From a virus (Duplodnaviria; Caudoviricetes), in IMG/VR virus record IMGVR_UViG_3300005077_000035, positions 1 through 43,887 of that record: a stretch of 43,887 nucleotides of DNA, one strand, 5' to 3'. This document shows, in pieces, positions 19,439-26,402 of this stretch. Position 1 is the first letter of the stretch, and the number at the start of each line of letters is the position of its first letter. The notes below the pieces were generated by a model. The model made no database searches. It saw nothing but the letters and a program-made list of their open reading frames with translations, and had not been told where the DNA came from. Made by a program: the position numbers and the translations under genes.

Positions 19439-20370
19439 TATTTATCTCCTCCTATTACTTCTCTTACATGCTCCCTGTGAGGATTCCAAAATTCAACAGA
19501 CATCCCCGCTGGAAGTTGGTCAACTCTGTTGAGTGGATTATTCCACGCATGGCAGAAGAAAAAGTATGGGCATAGCTTATTATACCTGACACACCCTGTC
19601 GGGCGTCGGGGGAAGCTCACCATTACCTGATTTTCTTCTTTATCTGAGGATAGTATCTCAAAGTCCCGCTCAAGGGCGTCGTAGAGTTGATTCGTCATAA
19701 TGAGCCAGCTTTGGAGATAGGTAGGTGACAGCTTTATTGGAACTCTAATATGCTCATTCTCTCCTTTGCGAAGAATAGTTCCATCTATAGTGATGCTGAC
19801 ATCACCTTCAAAGTAGCAGTGTAAAAAGTGTGAGTAGGTAGCGACTTGAAAATCATTCAGCCAATGGTCAACCCACCAGGCAGACTTCATCCCTGTTGTC
19901 TTTGTTTCGAGGGAGAATGTTAAGTTGTCCTCTTGACAAATAGAGTCCATCCTGCCATGTATAACCCTGTTCTGTGAGATTGGAACTGTTATCCCTATCT
20001 CGACTTTTAGCACTTTGAATTTGTCTGACCTGTACTGCTTGCAGTATTGAAGCAAAGCAAGTTCTGTGTTCTGAGGATTCTTCGGAGCTTTGTCCATGTC
20101 TGTAATTGGGTCAAAACTTTGACGGTAACAGCTATTGAATTTCTTCATAGCTTCTTCAATAGATGGGAGGGTGTATCCGTATTCAAGTAGGTGGGCTTTG
20201 GCGAGGTGAAATGCTTCACCGTAGATCAGATCATGATTTGGCTCTGATCCCCGCCAACCGAGTAAATAGCGGAAGAAATAAAGGCGTGGACAGGTCATGT
20301 AGTCTTTCAACTTTGAGCTGTCCTGAATCATTAGAGCTGTGTTCTGCTCATTCTTGAGTGGGTGCATCAT
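19438..20370 (-). CDS. PD-(D/E)XK (Cas4/AddB-like) exonuclease
   Basis: DSSKLKDYMTCPR, GEAFH, GRMD...ETKTT, Q..TY, and C-terminal C..C..C cluster. Confidence 0.85.
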   Translation of the reverse strand: MMHPLKNEQNTALMIQDSSKLKDYMTCPRLYFFRYLLGWRGSEPNHDLIYGEAFHLAKAHLLEYGYTLPSIEEAMKKFNSCYRQSFDPITDMDKAPKNPQNTELALLQYCKQYRSDKFKVLKVEIGITVPISQNRVIHGRMDSICQEDNLTFSLETKTTGMKSAWWVDHWLNDFQVATYSHFLHCYFEGDVSITIDGTILRKGENEHIRVPIKLSPTYLQSWLIMTNQLYDALERDFEILSSDKEENQVMVSFPRRPTGCVRYNKLCPYFFFCHAWNNPLNRVDQLPAGMSVEFWNPHREHVREVIGGDK

Positions 20371-20457
20371 TGACTCCTTTGAAGGTATTGATTGCTAATT
20401 TAGCCATGACTGTTATCCAAAGTAAAAGGGGAATGATGTCCCAAAATAGGTGTAGTT

Positions 20458-20697
20458 TCATGCTTCCTCCTTTTCAGCTATTCCTTGCTCATAGCCTAGA
20501 CTCCATCCATCCTGAAATGACTCATCTTTGACCTTGTTAAGATAGCCACTTCTATTGAGGTGGTCTATAACTTTACTGTCTACAATGGCGTCGAGGAGGT
20601 CTTGTAAATCCACCCTGTCAAGGGCGACGGAAAGTCCATTAGTCCCTATACCTACGTTTAGGACTGCCTTACATTTGACTGTTAAATCTCGTTCCAT
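20458..20697 (-). CDS. Hypothetical protein
   Basis: 79 aa, coupled to the upstream gene; short G..GY..G (Yae1-like) C-terminus. Confidence 0.55.
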   Translation of the reverse strand: MERDLTVKCKAVLNVGIGTNGLSVALDRVDLQDLLDAIVDSKVIDHLNRSGYLNKVKDESFQDGWSLGYEQGIAEKEEA

Positions 20698-20978
20698 TAT
20701 TCCTTTGCCTCCTCTATTTTTGCCTCGATAAAGGACTCGAGGGCTTTTATTAGGCTGGTTTGAAGGTCTGGTATGAATAGTTCCTTATTCAACTCATGCC
20801 GTTTGATTAAGCCCAAAGTGACACCACACTCAATACAAACATGATGGCTTGAACTTGACCTGAAGGGGTCATTATTCATCAGTATGTTTGACGTGAGAAT
20901 TAAGTACTTCTCACTGGGAACATTATTAACTGCTACCACCTTCCCACAGCGGTCGCAGGTTGTTGTGCTACTGTGCAT
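20697..20978 (-). CDS. Zn-finger hypothetical protein
   Basis: CDRC...CIEC; SD AAGGAG. Confidence 0.6.
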   Translation of the reverse strand: MHSSTTTCDRCGKVVAVNNVPSEKYLILTSNILMNNDPFRSSSSHHVCIECGVTLGLIKRHELNKELFIPDLQTSLIKALESFIEAKIEEAKE

Positions 20979-21033
20979 AACTTCTTCTCCTTTATATTAG
21001 TTGGTTGTCTGTGTTTTCACCTTTCAAAGTTAG

Positions 21034-21168
21034 TTCCGGCGGCAGGATTCGAACCTGCATGAACTTCGCCTTCTGCTTGTCATTACTTCCATTATGAAGC
21101 GTGATTAGCACTGACAAAAGCATCAGTCTAACGGCTTAGAGTGCGTCTTCCACTTCCGCCACGCCGGA
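21034..21168 (-). ncRNA. tRNA-like RNA with canonical acceptor, D and T arms but an 84-nt multi-hairpin region in place of the anticodon/variable arms
   Basis: Minus strand TCCGGCG TG GCGG-AAGTGGAAG-ACGC ...84 nt... GCAGG-TTCGAAT-CCTGC CGCCGGA A; no encoded CCA and no canonical anticodon loop. Confidence 0.75.
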
Positions 21169-21193
21169 ACCTGCTGTTAGAACAGCAAGTTAG

Positions 21194-21259
21194 TTATTTC
21201 ACCTCATAGCGGATGGTATGCTTGGTCTCCTTGTCGACCTTGAGCTTAACCTCGATCAT
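21194..21259 (-). CDS. Possible 21-aa peptide or gene remnant MIEVKLKVDKETKHTIRYEVK
   Basis: SD AAGGAG upstream; ends 26 nt before the tRNA-like element. Confidence 0.3.
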   Translation of the reverse strand: MIEVKLKVDKETKHTIRYEVK

Positions 21260-21262
21260 GAA

Positions 21263-21583
21263 TTACTCCTTTTTGTTTTTAGTTAGCCCTGATAGTGACT
21301 TAATCATTTTATCTATTCTTGCTTTTGTCAGGGTGTTACTGTGTGTTTCTGCCTCTTTTGTCAATTCCTCCGTCGCTTCGGGGCTGTCAACACTAAAGCC
21401 AAAGATAACAACGGGATAAACTTTCGCACCCTCTAAGCCAATATGTGCAAAGAAAAAGCCTGGATGTCCGTCCATCTTTTCTACACAACTGTATGACTTG
21501 ATACGTTTACCTATTGGCGTCCAACCGTTAAGCCCCTTATAATTAAACCAAGTTGACGTCGGAAGGATTTCTTTAATCCTCAT
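21263..21583 (-). CDS. Hypothetical protein
   Basis: Likely start ATG 21583 (MRIKEILP) with GGAGG upstream; 106 aa. Confidence 0.55.
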   Translation of the reverse strand: MRIKEILPTSTWFNYKGLNGWTPIGKRIKSYSCVEKMDGHPGFFFAHIGLEGAKVYPVVIFGFSVDSPEATEELTKEAETHSNTLTKARIDKMIKSLSGLTKNKKE

Positions 21584-21920
21584 CCTTTTCCTCCTTGTCT
21601 TGTCCTTGTTGTTTGTCGAAGATAATGTTTGGAACGAGGCGTTTTGAAATGTAACCACTTTCCTTAAAAATGAGAACATTTAGGTTAAATCCCAGATGAC
21701 CCATAATCCAACCTGCTAATAGATTAAGACTACTTAGGCTTGTAACAAGGATGTAGTCACCTTCACTCGCCCCCTTCATAAGCTCTACAAACTCGCGGAA
21801 ATGTCTGTTCAACGCAAAGCTGTCGACTTTACCAGAACTGAGGAACACGAGGTCACCGTACTTTTCAGCCTGACTGAAGTCGTGACCACTGTTGTTGATT
21901 ATGAAAACTTTGCGTCTCAT
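21573..21920 (-). CDS. Hypothetical phage protein (small alpha/beta fold)
   Basis: 115 aa; KVFIINNSGHDFSQAEKYG N-terminus; SD AAAGGA. Confidence 0.6.
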   Translation of the reverse strand: MRRKVFIINNSGHDFSQAEKYGDLVFLSSGKVDSFALNRHFREFVELMKGASEGDYILVTSLSSLNLLAGWIMGHLGFNLNVLIFKESGYISKRLVPNIIFDKQQGQDKEEKDED

Positions 21921-21949
21921 TTGTTCCTTTCTGTGTCATATTGACAATT

Positions 21950-21980
21950 AAAAAAGTGCAGGCTTTTTACACCTGCACTT
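21950..21980 (-). terminator. Intrinsic terminator
   Basis: Minus strand AAGTGCAGG-TGTAAAAAG-CCTGCACTT-TTTT. Confidence 0.75.
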
Positions 21981-21999
21981 GTCCCGAACTGCTGAAGGG

Positions 22000-22434
22000 T
22001 TATTCGACAAGCCCTGCAAGCATGGCGCGAAGAGCAGCGATTTCCTTATCGCGTTTTTCTGGATCGAGTTTTGTCAAACGATCCTTTTCCTTATCCACCG
22101 CTGACTTGCGTTCCGGTGCCTGTTGCGGTTTCCAGGTAACTTCACCTGTTTCAGGGTTGTAAAATGCCAACTGAATTTCCTCAGGCGTTTTGCCCTGAGC
22201 CAGCATATTGCGCATCTTTTCTTGGATGGTAAATTTGCTGTGCCCTTCAATCCAGTCCATGACGACTTCCTCTGTGAAGTTCTCTACGGCATCCAAAACG
22301 GTATCGCCGTAGTCGAACTCAATGCTGGCACTCATGCCTTTGTCCGGTAGGTTGGCGTAAGTCTTCTCATCTTCCGCCTTGAGTTTAGCCACACGCTCTG
22401 CTGTGAGGTTGGCTTCGATCTTCTGAACAGCCAT
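22000..22434 (-). CDS. Hypothetical protein
   Basis: 144 aa, SD AAAGGAG, followed by its own terminator. Confidence 0.7.
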   Translation of the reverse strand: MAVQKIEANLTAERVAKLKAEDEKTYANLPDKGMSASIEFDYGDTVLDAVENFTEEVVMDWIEGHSKFTIQEKMRNMLAQGKTPEEIQLAFYNPETGEVTWKPQQAPERKSAVDKEKDRLTKLDPEKRDKEIAALRAMLAGLVE

Positions 22435-22485
22435 TTGAGGCTCCTTTCTTTGAGTGATTGTTAAATAGTGGCACTATGCCACAGA

Positions 22486-22540
22486 CGGTAGAATGGGAGT
22501 CGAACCCACTTGTTGGCAATAGCCAACTACCGTTCTACCG
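22486..22540 (-). ncRNA. Minimal tRNA-like element (acceptor stem, one hairpin and T arm; 55 nt)
   Basis: Minus strand CGGTAGA ACGGTA GTTGGC-TATT-GCCAAC AA GTGGG-TTCGACT-CCCAT TCTACCG. Confidence 0.6.
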
Positions 22541-22697
22541 AAGTTTGTTCATTGGATGAACAATCTGGACAGACTTCCGTTTTCTCACCAACCGTTAGGT
22601 AGGGGAAGAAGTCTATTTTGAGTCCATTTTTATCACGATGGAGTGCCCATATCCTACCACAAGTTGGACACTTTCTCAGAATGGATAGTTTCCCCAT
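22527..22697 (-). CDS. Small Zn-ribbon protein
   Basis: MGKLSILRKCPTCG...VCPDC, 56 aa; the upstream extension in the ORF track overlaps the peptidase gene. Confidence 0.5.
   Translation of the reverse strand: MGKLSILRKCPTCGRIWALHRDKNGLKIDFFPYLTVGEKTEVCPDCSSNEQTSVER
22542..22566. repeat. Dispersed 25-bp palindrome, copy 3 (AGTTTGTTCATTGGATGAACAATCT)
   Basis: One base from the 5' end of the mini tRNA-like element. Confidence 0.85.
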
Positions 22698-22720
22698 GTT
22701 TATTTTTGTTTCTGCTAATG

Positions 22721-23149
22721 TCACTGTGGGACTTTCCGGTATGTTAAAAGGCGGGTCTTTGGATAGACTTGAATGCCTACCCTGTTCTGTTGGTTTCCAC
22801 CAAGACAGACAATTCCATATTCTGTTTCGTCGAGGAAGAATGCTACGTGTCCTTGCCAGGCAGATTGACCTCTGCTGAAGACAGCGATGCAACCAAGTTC
22901 AGGCTTGGTTAGCTCTTGTCCCCATGATGTGAAACTACGTGCGTTGGCTTTTCTGGTGGGCTGGATGCCTGCTTGTAACAGAACCCAGTTAATGAAGGCT
23001 GAGCACCAGGGGATTTCATCTTGACCTGGTTGCCCGACTGTTTTGAGGTATTCGGTTATGTGGCTATTTGACTCAGTTCCAGGCATTTCTGCCTGACCGA
23101 GTTCGAGGAAAGCTATGTGGAGATGGCGAGGGAATTTCTTCTCTTCCAT
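22721..23149 (-). CDS. NlpC/P60-family peptidoglycan peptidase (TIGR02594-like), endolysin candidate
   Basis: DEIPWCSAF catalytic Cys, ARSF, GHVAF and LGGNQ. Confidence 0.88.
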   Translation of the reverse strand: MEEKKFPRHLHIAFLELGQAEMPGTESNSHITEYLKTVGQPGQDEIPWCSAFINWVLLQAGIQPTRKANARSFTSWGQELTKPELGCIAVFSRGQSAWQGHVAFFLDETEYGIVCLGGNQQNRVGIQVYPKTRLLTYRKVPQ

Positions 23150-23204
23150 TGTACTTCCTTATGCTAATTGTCTTGTTCTGTCCTGTGATCTTGCTTTGTA
23201 GCAA

Positions 23205-23252
23205 GAAATAAAAATTGGACAGCCTGTGTGCCGACAGGACTGCCCAACTTTT
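23205..23252 (-). terminator. Terminator-like hairpin directly downstream of a promoter
   Basis: Minus strand TTGGGCAG-TCCTGT-CGGCAC-ACAGG-CTGTCCAA-TTTTTATTT. Confidence 0.6.
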
Positions 23253-23269
23253 AACCTAACCACGACCCA

Positions 23270-23298
23270 AATATACGGAAACTAAACGGGTTTGTCAA
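23270..23298 (-). promoter_or_regulatory. Sigma70-type promoter
   Basis: TTGACA-N17-TATATT on the minus strand. Confidence 0.8.
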
Positions 23299-23329
23299 GC
23301 ATCTTACGAAATTTATTTTTTGTCTCTGA

Positions 23330-23503
23330 CTATTCTTCATAGTCGAAGGCAAGTTCAAACTTATCTGACACAGAGAAATAATCATCGCTTACAGGTCGAG
23401 GCAACTTTATTAAGTACCTCAGTGCCTTTAGCAACTGCGTCTTGTCAACGCCTGCTGCTTTTAAGTCAGCCACTATTATGCTGACGGCTTCTTTTTTGGT
23501 CAT
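23330..23503 (-). CDS. Small hypothetical protein, distant paralog of 24227..24655 and 24624..25013
   Basis: 57 aa MTKKEAVSII...KALRYL...FELAFDYEE; SD AAGGAG; not in the ORF track (under 60 aa). Confidence 0.55.
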   Translation of the reverse strand: MTKKEAVSIIVADLKAAGVDKTQLLKALRYLIKLPRPVSDDYFSVSDKFELAFDYEE

Positions 23504-23515
23504 CTTCTACTCCTT

Positions 23516-23530
23516 GTTGACTTTGTCAAC
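23516..23530. repeat. 15-bp palindrome GTTGAC-TTT-GTCAAC
   Basis: 5 bp from 25-bp palindrome copy 4; one of four copies. Confidence 0.7.
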
Positions 23531-23535
23531 GGTTA

Positions 23536-23560
23536 AGTTTGTTCATTTAATGAACAATCT
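23536..23560. repeat. Dispersed 25-bp palindrome, copy 4 (AGTTTGTTCATTTAATGAACAATCT)
   Basis: Overlaps the stop codon of the 23543 ORF. Confidence 0.85.
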
Positions 23561-23884
23561 GGTTTTTGAAATGAGTTTCACCGAAAGTTGGTCAAGGGTT
23601 GTCCCTGTTATACTTTCGACCCTCTCAGTAAGGTCTTCGATCTCTTGTCCTGGATGTAGGGTGAGGGTGAGCTTTAACTGCTTTTCAGAGTTGAGGTAGG
23701 AAACAAGGCATTCTACCTTAACTGCGGCATCGCCCACCTTCCAAGCATCCACGAGCCAGGATGGGCAATTTTTCTGCCTTTCTTTTTTCCTTTGCTCCTC
23801 CTCACCTTTGAGTTGATCTAAGAGCCTAATGTGCTCTAATATCTCATCCTTTGTCATTTTTCTGCTCCCTTTCAACTTGATCAT
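23543..23884 (-). CDS. Hypothetical protein
   Basis: 113-aa ORF; the true start may be the second Met (MTKDEIL). Confidence 0.6.
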   Translation of the reverse strand: MIKLKGSRKMTKDEILEHIRLLDQLKGEEEQRKKERQKNCPSWLVDAWKVGDAAVKVECLVSYLNSEKQLKLTLTLHPGQEIEDLTERVESITGTTLDQLSVKLISKTRLFIK

Positions 23885-24227
23885 ATAGGTCGGTCAAGTC
23901 GCGCCCGTCGACTATTATTCTTTCCTTTGTTATTTCTGCCTGAAAGGCATCTGAAAGTTTGTCAAGGCGATCGCCGATGGTGAACTTTGCATTGGTAAAG
24001 AGTCCGGTGGACTTGAGAAAAACTATTGCTTCGTCGTCTGTTTTGAACGCCAAGTTCTGTTTGAATTTAGGTTGATTCTTTTCAACCATTTGTTCTACGT
24101 AGTGGATCAGGGCGAGTCCGACTGCACCTGACTTTGTCCTGTACTTAACATTGTGCAGGTCGTATAGTCTGATCAAAGTGGCAAGGGTTTTGACGTCTAC
24201 TCTTGTAGACACTATGATGCTTGGCAT
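23844..24227 (-). CDS. Hypothetical protein
   Basis: 127 aa, coupled (TAATG) to the upstream gene. Confidence 0.6.
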   Translation of the reverse strand: MPSIIVSTRVDVKTLATLIRLYDLHNVKYRTKSGAVGLALIHYVEQMVEKNQPKFKQNLAFKTDDEAIVFLKSTGLFTNAKFTIGDRLDKLSDAFQAEITKERIIVDGRDLTDLYDQVEREQKNDKG

Positions 24228-24655
24228 TACTTTACCCTCTTTTCCATATAGTCCACTGTGTCGAGGACATCTTTTTTCATGTAGCGTTTGAGTTGTTCGT
24301 TGGTTAAGAGCATGTAGTAACGCTTAAGCTGTTTCTTGGTCGACCTTATTAGGATTATTGAGAGGGCACTATATGAGAAGCCTGTTTTATGATTGAAAAG
24401 GATTGACTCAATAGATAAGCTGAAAGCTCTGCGAAAGTCTGAGTTATGATAGAACTTTTTTGACAAACAGAGATGGTAGGTTTTGTTCAGTCCTTCTACC
24501 GGATCAATTCCTGCTCCTTTAACTGCAGGGACGCCTTTGTCCCTGTTATGTACTCTTAGCAGGTACTCGATTGCTAAAAGAGCGTTATCGATGCAACTGT
24601 CTGATAAGGTAGAGATGATCTTTTTAAGATCTTTTGCTGGAATTACTTTTTGCAT
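24227..24655 (-). CDS. Hypothetical protein, tandem paralog B
   Basis: Likely start ATG 24655 (MQKVIPAKD) with AAGGAG SD; aligns by eye along its full length with 24624..25013. Confidence 0.7.
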   Translation of the reverse strand: MQKVIPAKDLKKIISTLSDSCIDNALLAIEYLLRVHNRDKGVPAVKGAGIDPVEGLNKTYHLCLSKKFYHNSDFRRAFSLSIESILFNHKTGFSYSALSIILIRSTKKQLKRYYMLLTNEQLKRYMKKDVLDTVDYMEKRVK

Positions 24656-25013
24656 TGTTTTGTCTCCTTTCCTGTTCACGAGTCAAAGCTGTTTTGAACA
24701 TCCTGAGCTCTTTGATGTCTGCATGTACCACTATTACTGATAAAAGGGAAAAGGTGAAACCTGAAGCAGACCAAAAGGGCTCGTCATATTTGAAAGCTGT
24801 TTGAAAGTCATGATCGTAATAGAATTTTGTACTGTGGCAGAGATAGTCTGTTTTACCATCTTTTAAAAAGTCACTATTCTTAACCCCTTCATTTCTGTTC
24901 TTTACCTGCGAGAGGTATGTAATAGCCCTTTTTGCCTGTTCAATCTGATGGTCTGACAGGCAGGACACAATCACCTTGATGTCTTTAGGCTTTAGTTTAA
25001 TTGTAGATATCAT
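24624..25013 (-). CDS. Hypothetical protein, tandem paralog A
   Basis: Shares KD.K.I.S.LSD..I..A..AI.YL..V.NR..GV, LC.S.KFY...DF..AF and GF..S.LS.I with paralog B. Confidence 0.7.
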   Translation of the reverse strand: MISTIKLKPKDIKVIVSCLSDHQIEQAKRAITYLSQVKNRNEGVKNSDFLKDGKTDYLCHSTKFYYDHDFQTAFKYDEPFWSASGFTFSLLSVIVVHADIKELRMFKTALTREQERRQNNAKSNSSKRS

Positions 25014-25064
25014 GTTTATTTCCTCTTTGTTTGTTGAGGGTTTTTTGATGAAAAGTAAAACAGA

Positions 25065-25093
25065 AAAAGCAGGACTTATTGACGTTGCCCGCT
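25065..25093 (-). terminator. Possible intrinsic terminator after a short ORF
   Basis: Minus strand AGCGGG...CCTGCT followed by TTTTCTGTTTT. Confidence 0.4.
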
Positions 25094-25110
25094 CTTGCGT
25101 TGTTTTGCTG

Positions 25111-25197
25111 TTAGTTAATGGATTCGTCGTTGAACTGTTGTGTGGCGAGAAAACCCGCCACTGAACAAGCCTGGTTAGGTGTTAATTCTTGTCGCAT
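25111..25197 (-). CDS. Possible 28-aa peptide, first ORF after the 25267 promoter
   Basis: MRQELTPNQACSVAGFLATQQFNDESIN with AAAGGAG SD. Confidence 0.4.
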   Translation of the reverse strand: MRQELTPNQACSVAGFLATQQFNDESIN

Positions 25198-25266
25198 ACT
25201 AAAACTCCTTTTGTTGTGTGTTGTCTTGCAACAGGATAGACTTATAGTCCTGTCACAATGTACCCT

Positions 25267-25295
25267 AATATACAAAATTACATACAAGATGTCAA
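25267..25295 (-). promoter_or_regulatory. Sigma70-type early promoter
   Basis: TTGACA-N17-TATATT on the minus strand. Confidence 0.8.
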
Positions 25296-25325
25296 ATTTA
25301 TTTGTTGTCTTCGGGTGGGACACCT

Positions 25326-25340
25326 GTTGACCTCGTCAAC
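25326..25340. repeat. 15-bp palindrome GTTGAC-CTC-GTCAAC
   Basis: 2 bp from 25-bp palindrome copy 5. Confidence 0.7.
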
Positions 25341-25342
25341 CC

Positions 25343-25367
25343 AGATCGTTCATAATATGAACAAACT
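25343..25367. repeat. Dispersed 25-bp palindrome, copy 5 (AGATCGTTCATAATATGAACAAACT)
   Basis: About 50 bp upstream of the -35 box of the early promoter. Confidence 0.85.
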
Positions 25368-25376
25368 GCCCACCTA

Positions 25377-25391
25377 TTTGACCTTGTCAAA
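25377..25391. repeat. 15-bp palindrome variant TTTGAC-CTT-GTCAAA
   Basis: Flanks copy 5 on the other side. Confidence 0.6.
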
Positions 25392-25760
25392 GCCAAACCA
25401 GATCCGACAACGCAAATTGTAATAATGTAGATTGTAATTCCACCCCCTTACACGCCTCTAACCCCATACCCTGCTTAAGTGATAAGATAATCCAGTTATT
25501 AATACATATATATCTATAAATAAATATATATACTGAACCTATTAGTTTGTTTACTGGATATATACAGTCAGTCAGAGGTATACAGTCAGAGGGATGCCAC
25601 ATCCCACAGGTGCGGACAAGGGGGGGAAATTACATTCTACCTTATTACAAATGTACCGTCCGGTACGCCACCATTGAGCCCTCTCACCTGCCTTATAAAC
25701 TTGCTCAAAAGTTAAGCAGCCTATTTAGACAGGTTAAAAGGTGCTCAAAATACCAGAAAC

Positions 25761-25797
25761 AAAAAAAGCCTTGCAGGGCTCATCACCCTACAAGGCT
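25761..25797 (-). terminator. Intrinsic terminator after the 25804 gene
   Basis: Minus strand AGCCTTGTAGGG-TGATGAG-CCCTGCAAGGCT-TTTTTT. Confidence 0.8.
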
Positions 25798-25803
25798 CAT
25801 TTA

Positions 25804-26304
25804 TCAGCCCTTTTCATCAGGCGATTCAGGAGTCAGACCGAGTTCCAACTCAACCTGTGCCAACATCGCCTCATATTCAGCCCGTAACTGTTCAACCGAT
25901 TTACCCTTTGCAAGTTCAGCTTTCATAGTCTTCAGCTTTTTAGCCTCTTCTGTCATTGGCGATCTCGTCCCGTCAATTAGTTCCCTGACACTCACCTTAA
26001 GACCAACTTTGCACAGACTAATAATCTGTTCGTCTGTCAGATTTTTCCCGATGTTGTTCACCCACTTTTTGAGGAAACTGGTAGTACTCGCGTGCTGTTG
26101 CAATGCCTCACGAACTGTAACGTCTTTAAAATTCAGCTCAACTGGGCAGGTATGCTTGGCAAGATTTAATTTGCCCTCATCAGTCAATTCATCCTTTTCA
26201 TTCTTCACCAACAACAGCTTTTTTGATTCAGCTGTCGCGAACAGCTCCATCTTAGTTGCAAAGATCAAACTGTCAAATGTTTCATCAAAACGTACTATTG
26301 ACAT
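25804..26304 (-). CDS. Hypothetical protein; first gene of the early arm, apparently monocistronic
   Basis: Likely start ATG 26304 (MSIVRFDETF) with AAAGGAG SD; 166 aa; followed by its own terminator. Confidence 0.7.
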   Translation of the reverse strand: MSIVRFDETFDSLIFATKMELFATAESKKLLLVKNEKDELTDEGKLNLAKHTCPVELNFKDVTVREALQQHASTTSFLKKWVNNIGKNLTDEQIISLCKVGLKVSVRELIDGTRSPMTEEAKKLKTMKAELAKGKSVEQLRAEYEAMLAQVELELGLTPESPDEKG

Positions 26305-26386
26305 ACAAAACTCCTTTAAATACATTGTCTGGTTTAATTTTGATCCTCTCCCCGTCACAGGCAAAGTCCAGACGCCCTTATGCAGT

Positions 26387-26402
26387 TGTTTCACGTGGAA
26401 CA
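26387..26402. promoter_or_regulatory. parS: Canonical bacterial parS site
   Basis: TGTTTCACGTGGAACA, matching the chromosomal ParB/Spo0J consensus TGTTNCACGTGAAACA on the other strand; in the non-coding region. Confidence 0.75.

Noticed and set aside
21034-21168. Ordinary tRNA-Leu gene or attP site
   Set aside because: No canonical 7-nt anticodon loop with U33 can be placed, and no integrase was found.
22000-26304. Possible paralogy between 22000..22434 and 25804..26304 (LAQGKTPEEI versus LAKGKSVEQL)
   Set aside because: The similarity is limited to short patches in charged helical proteins and cannot be supported without alignment statistics.
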